This document shows, one piece after another, positions 58,376-64,000 of a stretch of 64,000 nt of DNA. The notes under the pieces were generated by a model. The model was not told the origin of the DNA and searched no databases. It saw only the letters and a list, made by a program, of their open reading frames with translations. The DNA is from an uncultured virus (IMG/VR IMGVR_UViG_3300048028_000412) (taxonomy: Duplodnaviria > Heunggongvirae > Uroviricota > Caudoviricetes), in the IMG/VR virus record IMGVR_UViG_3300048028_000412; one strand, given 5' to 3'. Numbering within the stretch: position 1 is the first letter of the stretch; the number at the start of each line of letters is the position of its first letter. The position numbers and the translations under genes were made by a program.

Positions 58376-60886
58376 CTAAGGGGCGGCATTTGCTCGAACA
58401 TAATTAAACCAATAACCATCTTGCTGACGAATACTTCCAACCTCACGCCCCGCAAAATGGGTGTTATCGTAACTCCATACTCTTCTAGCACCAATATCAA
58501 CGTGTAGAATGGTATTACCGAATCCAAAGCCTTTAAATCCTGCTTTAGTTGCAGCTGCTACTAGCTTATCTTTTTGTGCATTACTCATTCCTGTAATACT
58601 AATATCTAATGCCTTTCCGAACCAGTGCTGATTATATCCATTATCTACTTTGGCAACTTTTCTTGAGGTGCTAGCTTTAGGCAACGCATCATTGATAATA
58701 AGCTTGCCGCCATAATATTGCTGCATAAGTGTGTATTGATTGGCAAGTAGTGCTGCCATATTATCTACCGCACCCGGCGATATACTTGGATGGGTTTTAT
58801 CGCCTTGCCTAGTTATATAAGGATTATTAGCCGGACTTAAATTAATACCATAATCGCCACCTTTCGAAAGAACTCCATCAAATTCTGATTTAAATCTGCT
58901 CTGAGATAAAACTTCTACCAGGTCTCCGGATGTAAGATCGTTATTATTAAATTCCGTTTTAACTTTGCGATTAAATGTGCCGATCCAGTTCTTATCAATT
59001 TCAGGGAGAGTTATAATAATTCTGCTAGACAATAACTCTTTACCTGAATCTGGATTAATATCAATGGTATCATATGACAATATAAGTTCATCATAAACCG
59101 CGTTGTCTTTTAAGAATACAGCAATATCAAACGTTCTTTGTATGCTTGATTTGCCACTATTATCGACCACATTATATACAACTGTACGGCCTTTGAGTTT
59201 AAGATCATTTAAAGAATCTGGAGTGATTGTTTCAGAAGGACCTGGCTTGTATATACTTTCTGCAACTTCTAAAGTTACATCTTTAAATTCACTATCATTA
59301 TCCCGTACTAATTTTATGATCCGCGCATGAATGTACAAATACTTTGCTATTTCTACTCTTACGGCTTGATCTCTAATAAAGTCAATGTTAGTAGGATCAT
59401 CTGTACCTAAAAATTTAGAAAGAGTAATACCTTCTGCTAATTTAGTAGAGGCACTAATAGATTTTTGTCTATAAGGATTATAAACTTCTTCAGGTAATAC
59501 ATGAGGATTAGCTCTCTTCGGAAGAAACGCTGACAATTTATTATTTGTCTGAGAACCAATTCTATCTAATTCAGAGTGAGATGAAACAGGGGTAGCATCG
59601 CTTGAAAGAATTCTTCCTGTACCCTTTGGAATAGGTGAGTTCCACTCACCGCATATTATTCCTTCTGCCAAAAGATATGATACAAATGAGCTATTAGACC
59701 TGTTGGCCGGATCTCTTAATCGCGATCTAGCCTTGTCAGCATTGATATTAGAATTAGATATGCCTCCAGTATCAACACTTCTATCTAGATAATTTTTAAT
59801 AAAGTCTCCTACATCAATCTTTACTCTGTTTATACCGCCCGCTGACTTAGTGAGATAATCGTCAATGATAGAGTCGCTAGGTTTAGTAATGGCAGGGGTT
59901 GCTGTATTCGTAATAGTTCCTGCTGACCCAACACCTCCTCCAGTACTTGGATCCGCATAGTTCTGAGACTGTGCTACTGTAGCTGTAGTAGCGGTGCCAT
60001 CTAAGTCTCCATGAAATGTTGGTGCTGTTACTCCTGCTTCAAACACAGCTCCTTTACCTGAGAATACCATGTTAGGATTACCAATAGTACCTGACTTAGC
60101 AGTAACTGCCATAGAGTTAGCAAACTGGTTCATATTGTTAGAAGATACAGTAAGCTTATCTTCTGCAGTAATTTTGGTATCATCGCTTGTAGAATATCTT
60201 GCAGAGCCTTCTACTCTGTTGATATATTCGCCTTTAATACTTTGCTTCTTACCAGCAAGAAAAGTATTAGTGACAGCTTGAGTAACTGCTTTTACATAAG
60301 AACCGCCAACAAGCTTTTCAATATTGCCTGCAATAGATTCTTTTATATGACCTAGAATCTTTTCTGTTTTATTACCTCTTACAGTAACATTATAGTTTAA
60401 ACAGTCAATATTATAGTCACCCGTAACTTTAAGATTAAGATTGCCCTTGTATATAATTTGTCCTTCACCTTCTACAATAGTAACTTGATCTCCGCCTGTT
60501 ACATTAATTTGGTTATCTAATGCCGATATCTTAATGCTACCATCTTTGGTGAGCTCTATACCTGCTCCAGTGTTATGTTTTATTAGCACCCGCTCAGCAC
60601 CTGGTGTATCATCAGTTTCAATGATATGCCCTGAAATAGTTTCTTGAATTTGGCATAAAGGATATTCGGAGGCAATTATTTCATCTGACTCGGATTCTAA
60701 TACAGCAGCAGCGGCTTTGCCTTTAAAAAACAATTCGTGTTTTCTAGAACCAGTCGCCCCATAGTTAACACTAGAGGAATTAAAATATTCGGCTTTAGGA
60801 TATTCACCACGAGGATCCTCATGCTGAACTTGAGAACGATCTTCTATTTCTTTTTCAATATCGCTTTCCGTATAAATCTCAGGCAT
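58376..60886 (-). CDS. gp5 C-terminal (beta-helix needle) part fused to M15-type Zn peptidase
   Basis: YP....ET.SGH..E.DDTPG.ER...H..G; C-terminal QH..GKALD...LHVD. Confidence 0.8.
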   Translation of the reverse strand: MPEIYTESDIEKEIEDRSQVQHEDPRGEYPKAEYFNSSSVNYGATGSRKHELFFKGKAAAAVLESESDEIIASEYPLCQIQETISGHIIETDDTPGAERVLIKHNTGAGIELTKDGSIKISALDNQINVTGGDQVTIVEGEGQIIYKGNLNLKVTGDYNIDCLNYNVTVRGNKTEKILGHIKESIAGNIEKLVGGSYVKAVTQAVTNTFLAGKKQSIKGEYINRVEGSARYSTSDDTKITAEDKLTVSSNNMNQFANSMAVTAKSGTIGNPNMVFSGKGAVFEAGVTAPTFHGDLDGTATTATVAQSQNYADPSTGGGVGSAGTITNTATPAITKPSDSIIDDYLTKSAGGINRVKIDVGDFIKNYLDRSVDTGGISNSNINADKARSRLRDPANRSNSSFVSYLLAEGIICGEWNSPIPKGTGRILSSDATPVSSHSELDRIGSQTNNKLSAFLPKRANPHVLPEEVYNPYRQKSISASTKLAEGITLSKFLGTDDPTNIDFIRDQAVRVEIAKYLYIHARIIKLVRDNDSEFKDVTLEVAESIYKPGPSETITPDSLNDLKLKGRTVVYNVVDNSGKSSIQRTFDIAVFLKDNAVYDELILSYDTIDINPDSGKELLSSRIIITLPEIDKNWIGTFNRKVKTEFNNNDLTSGDLVEVLSQSRFKSEFDGVLSKGGDYGINLSPANNPYITRQGDKTHPSISPGAVDNMAALLANQYTLMQQYYGGKLIINDALPKASTSRKVAKVDNGYNQHWFGKALDISITGMSNAQKDKLVAAATKAGFKGFGFGNTILHVDIGARRVWSYDNTHFAGREVGSIRQQDGYWFNYVRANAAP

Positions 60887-62448
60887 TATATTATATCTTT
60901 TCTTTCTAGGGGAGGATTAACACTAGGATCATAGTCTAGATTATTTTGTCTTTTAAACGAATTTTTAATAAAAGAATCTACATCAAAATGTGGACCAGGC
61001 TGATTAACGTTTATTTGACTTATACCAAATACTTGCACTCCAGGCTTTACGAGATATAAGCTTTTTAAGAATTTTTTAAGAGTTTTCATTTGTTGATCGG
61101 TGTAAGAATTTGAGCTATAATAATCTCTATAGTTTATTCCTCTACCAGCTTCTCTATCTATACCTCCGACTAAACCAATAACAATAGATCTCTTATGGTG
61201 ATCGTTGACTAGTAGCCTATTAGGTGGAGTTTCATTATCAGCAGGAAGACCTCTCTGTAAATCACCGGATCTTGTAAATACATAATGATATCCTATACCA
61301 TTTCTACCAGCATCGATTGCTTTTTGGTGTAAGCTATACGCATTTGCTAATACGTCGGTCGTAGTATTGGTGCTAATAATGATTACTTCAGTAATATCTC
61401 TATCAATATTACTTACTTCATTAAGTATCTCTCTTTCACTGAACATATTATTTTTAAAATAAGAATTCGGAGTATCTCTTCCTTTCCACTCATTTTTAAG
61501 TTTAGACAAGTCAATGCCAGGAACTGAACTAACAGGAATATTTTCTACTAGATTTTTACTTGCAGAAACGTCTATGATAATTAAAGCTTTATATATTTCA
61601 TCCGCGGTTTTATTACTCATCGATGATATTAGATCAACAGCTTTAATATAATTTTTATTGGCTATTAGGGATATAATTTTTACTTTGTTATTTTCGAAAG
61701 ATCTACTAAATTCCGGAGAGGTGAGCTGTAAAACAGCATTTTCAGTTATCTTAAGATTATCCTCTACTATGTTATCCATAATAGAATTATAGCCGGCAGT
61801 ATTCTTTGCAATAACTTTTCCTGCGGACGATAAAAACTCGGAAACTGCATTAGATTTTAATGCACTTAAAGAATTAGTAACAGAAAAAATATTATTAAAA
61901 GAAGAAGTAAGAAAGTTCTGTGCATAAATCTCATAATCATCCATAGGATTAAGAGATCCTGTAGAGCTAAGGGGGCTTGAGAGATCTATATTTCTTCCTA
62001 CTATTGCCTTTATTTGATCGCTAGTTGCTCCTACAGCAGTAGTAAGTGCCTGAGCCATCGCTTCAGGGGATCCTGATGAAACAACGTCATCTAATAGACT
62101 ACCTGTTGTTAAATCATTGCTTCCTGTTATTGTAGTAAGATCACTTTGGCTTCCTACTTCTTTGACTAAAGTCGAAGACAATTCAGAATTGTTAACCGAA
62201 GTAAGCTCTGTTAAAACTAGATTAGTAGTAACCTGAGTAGGAGTAGAGCCGGCAACATTACTAACAACATCATTAATACCAGTAAGAGAAGAGAATCCAT
62301 TAAAATTATCTCCAGGATTAACACCAGCCTTTGAGACTTTACTAATGGCTGCCTGTGTTTGTAGCTGATTAAGAATTGTGTTAGTATTCTCAATATTTTG
62401 AGCTCTTCTAAGATTTGAAAATATGCTATGAATAAATTCAGATGACAT
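60886..62448 (-). CDS. Baseplate-associated protein with C-terminal Amidase_2/PGRP-like domain
   Basis: GIGYHYV..R.G....G, SI.IGLVGG, YT..Q...L, P.FDV. Confidence 0.75.
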   Translation of the reverse strand: MSSEFIHSIFSNLRRAQNIENTNTILNQLQTQAAISKVSKAGVNPGDNFNGFSSLTGINDVVSNVAGSTPTQVTTNLVLTELTSVNNSELSSTLVKEVGSQSDLTTITGSNDLTTGSLLDDVVSSGSPEAMAQALTTAVGATSDQIKAIVGRNIDLSSPLSSTGSLNPMDDYEIYAQNFLTSSFNNIFSVTNSLSALKSNAVSEFLSSAGKVIAKNTAGYNSIMDNIVEDNLKITENAVLQLTSPEFSRSFENNKVKIISLIANKNYIKAVDLISSMSNKTADEIYKALIIIDVSASKNLVENIPVSSVPGIDLSKLKNEWKGRDTPNSYFKNNMFSEREILNEVSNIDRDITEVIIISTNTTTDVLANAYSLHQKAIDAGRNGIGYHYVFTRSGDLQRGLPADNETPPNRLLVNDHHKRSIVIGLVGGIDREAGRGINYRDYYSSNSYTDQQMKTLKKFLKSLYLVKPGVQVFGISQINVNQPGPHFDVDSFIKNSFKRQNNLDYDPSVNPPLERKDII

Positions 62449-62450
62449 TA

Positions 62451-63383
62451 TTATAATCCACTAATTGAATTGTTGAGCGCGTTATTATAGTCTTCATACG
62501 CAAGCCTGGCGAGCTCTTCTCGTTTTTTTAACTTCTTAGTTTTTTGTGCTGGATTCTCATACTTATCTAAAAACACCCACGTAGAATTTCTATTGCTAAT
62601 ACCGCCTTCAAAAGTAGTTGTATTAATAAGTTTTGAATAAGTACTAGCAAATGCTGCACCATTAGTTGCTGTGTCTTTTTGGCCTCTAAGCTCGTGTAAA
62701 ATAAACTCTAGTTGTAGAAAGAAGTCATCTGGCTGCTTGTGGCTTAACTCTGCAAAGGCTCTTAATTTATCCTGACGATAGCCTGCATTTGCTGAATTAT
62801 TCCATTGTGCAAGTCCCCATGAATTTTCACCTACTACGTCAGTAGGCCTTGAAGGATCAAGCGCGCTTTCAGCCTGCAGATTACCAACGATACCAGCTGC
62901 GGCTATAGGTGATAGCCGATTAGCCACAAAAAACTGAGTAATAATAACTCTTTTTTGTGCTATACTAGTATCGTCTCTATAGCTTTGTTTTAATTCAATA
63001 GGAATAAATACGCCATCTCTACCGACATTATTGTCAGCAAGACTCGCAGCATTACCTGATAGTCCTGCAAGCTTTTGTTGTATCTTTGATGGTCTTTCAA
63101 ATTTATTTAATGATCCGAGTATAATAGGTGACTGTGATAAAGCACCGTCAGCAAATATCCCAAAAACTGTACTTGATGGAAGTATCTGAGGTATTTTACC
63201 CATACCTGATATTGCGGCTTCAGTAGTAGGTAGCATGCAATCAGCCCATGGAAGATCTTCAAAAGCAACATTAGGACCATGGATACCATGTATTCTAATT
63301 TTAGCTTTGCCTACAGCGGCACGTTGAGAACTAACGCCAACGACTGTTCCTAGAAACCATCTTATATTATCGCCGTAATACAT
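62451..63383 (-). CDS. gp5: gp5 N-terminal OB-fold fused to phage tail lysozyme domain
   Basis: WF.G.V..KIRI.G.H..DLPWA..VFG.F.DG..Q.P.ILGS; AAGIVGNLQAES..GLAQW..QL.FI..EL. Confidence 0.85.
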   Translation of the reverse strand: MYYGDNIRWFLGTVVGVSSQRAAVGKAKIRIHGIHGPNVAFEDLPWADCMLPTTEAAISGMGKIPQILPSSTVFGIFADGALSQSPIILGSLNKFERPSKIQQKLAGLSGNAASLADNNVGRDGVFIPIELKQSYRDDTSIAQKRVIITQFFVANRLSPIAAAGIVGNLQAESALDPSRPTDVVGENSWGLAQWNNSANAGYRQDKLRAFAELSHKQPDDFFLQLEFILHELRGQKDTATNGAAFASTYSKLINTTTFEGGISNRNSTWVFLDKYENPAQKTKKLKKREELARLAYEDYNNALNNSISGL

Positions 63384-63385
63384 TT

Positions 63386-64000
63386 TTATCCTTTAATAAA
63401 ATTCGGTCTAGATATTCTGGCGCATTGAATAGAAATATTATGCGTCCTTTCTGGAATATCAAGAATATGTCTTTTTGCAAGCATTACGTGCCTACCCGAA
63501 TTAGTGGTGCTTTTCTTTACTATTGTATTTAGTGAAGATGGAGATTCGCCTAAAATAGTAACAGAAAGTTGATTACCTACACTTAGCAATACATTCTCAG
63601 ATGAATTAGTTTTAGGTAAAAACAAAAACCCTGGCATTTCTAGGTTATAGATATTTTTAGTAAGATATAATAAAAGCGCATTTCTAAATTCTGGTAGGAC
63701 TGCTTCAAAATAAGTTGACTCTTGGTTAAAGCTATTTACCGGAGTTAAAGGGTAGTTAGATGTAGAAATGGTTGAAATTATTTTTGAATTCATTTCTCCC
63801 AATGTTTTTTCTGTTGCCCCACTAGGATCTACAATAAAGTTTTCATCGATAAGTTTAGTAAATTCTTTTTCGTCAATAATATTATTATTCTCAAGCATAG
63901 TTATAACAGAGTTAACTATAGAATAATGTCTTGTGTCATCTTTTGATTCATCACCTAAAACTACATAGTTATGTAATATACCACCTGCTCCCTGTTCTAC
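63386..64000 (-). CDS. Probable baseplate hub protein (gp27-like), 3' part
   Basis: Frame stays open to the window edge (VEQGAGG...); C-terminal SG.H....KRH; position before gp5. Confidence 0.5.
   Translation of the reverse strand, partial: VEQGAGGILHNYVVLGDESKDDTRHYSIVNSVITMLENNNIIDEKEFTKLIDENFIVDPSGATEKTLGEMNSKIISTISTSNYPLTPVNSFNQESTYFEAVLPEFRNALLLYLTKNIYNLEMPGFLFLPKTNSSENVLLSVGNQLSVTILGESPSSLNTIVKKSTTNSGRHVMLAKRHILDIPERTHNISIQCARISRPNFIKG

Noticed and set aside
2226..60934. Many short plus-strand and alternate-frame ORFs in the ORF track
   Set aside because: They are shadows of long minus-strand genes with low-complexity Thr/Gly/Ser codons; no motifs or independent signals
46902..63383. 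Pseudogenes or stop-codon recoding to explain split gp5 and DUF4815 genes
   Set aside because: Junctions are clean stop/start couplings that often change frame, and core genes translate fully in the standard code
1..64000. CRISPR arrays, tRNAs, rRNA, IS elements
   Set aside because: Intergenic gaps are about 100 bp or less; all repeats found are coding or at gene junctions; no cloverleaf or transposase seen
1..64000. Host assignment (e.g. Bacteroidota from the DS sequon, or cyanobacteria/SAR11 from gene style)
   Set aside because: No host-diagnostic genes in the window; Bacteroidota O-glycosylation acts on exported proteins, so the motif match does not identify the host

Overview
The window is the virion-morphogenesis region of a large T4-like myophage, probably marine and not identifiable to species from sequence alone. 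All credible genes are on the minus strand and are tightly coupled. In transcription order (right to left) they are: baseplate hub, gp5 split into three genes carrying peptidoglycan hydrolase domains, gp25, gp6, gp7-like, gp9/10-like, gp8, a VrlC/DUF4815-like protein split into three genes, a ~30 kb fibre/adhesin island, gp13-14-15, an inserted fibre gene, gp16-17-18-19-20, and a second adhesin island directly after the portal gene. Ten exact T4 late promoters (TATAAATA) sit in intergenic gaps. Three signals stand out. (1) The dipeptide Asp-Ser is strongly enriched in outer virion proteins of unrelated folds, a candidate sequon for virion-wide modification such as O-glycosylation. (2) Two adhesin paralogue families are built as constant scaffolds with three variable plug-in slots, bounded by near-identical DNA anchors. 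(3) Matching N- and C-terminal motifs suggest a plug-and-socket grammar for a branched fibre tree. Annotations come from motif recognition only; no searches were run.
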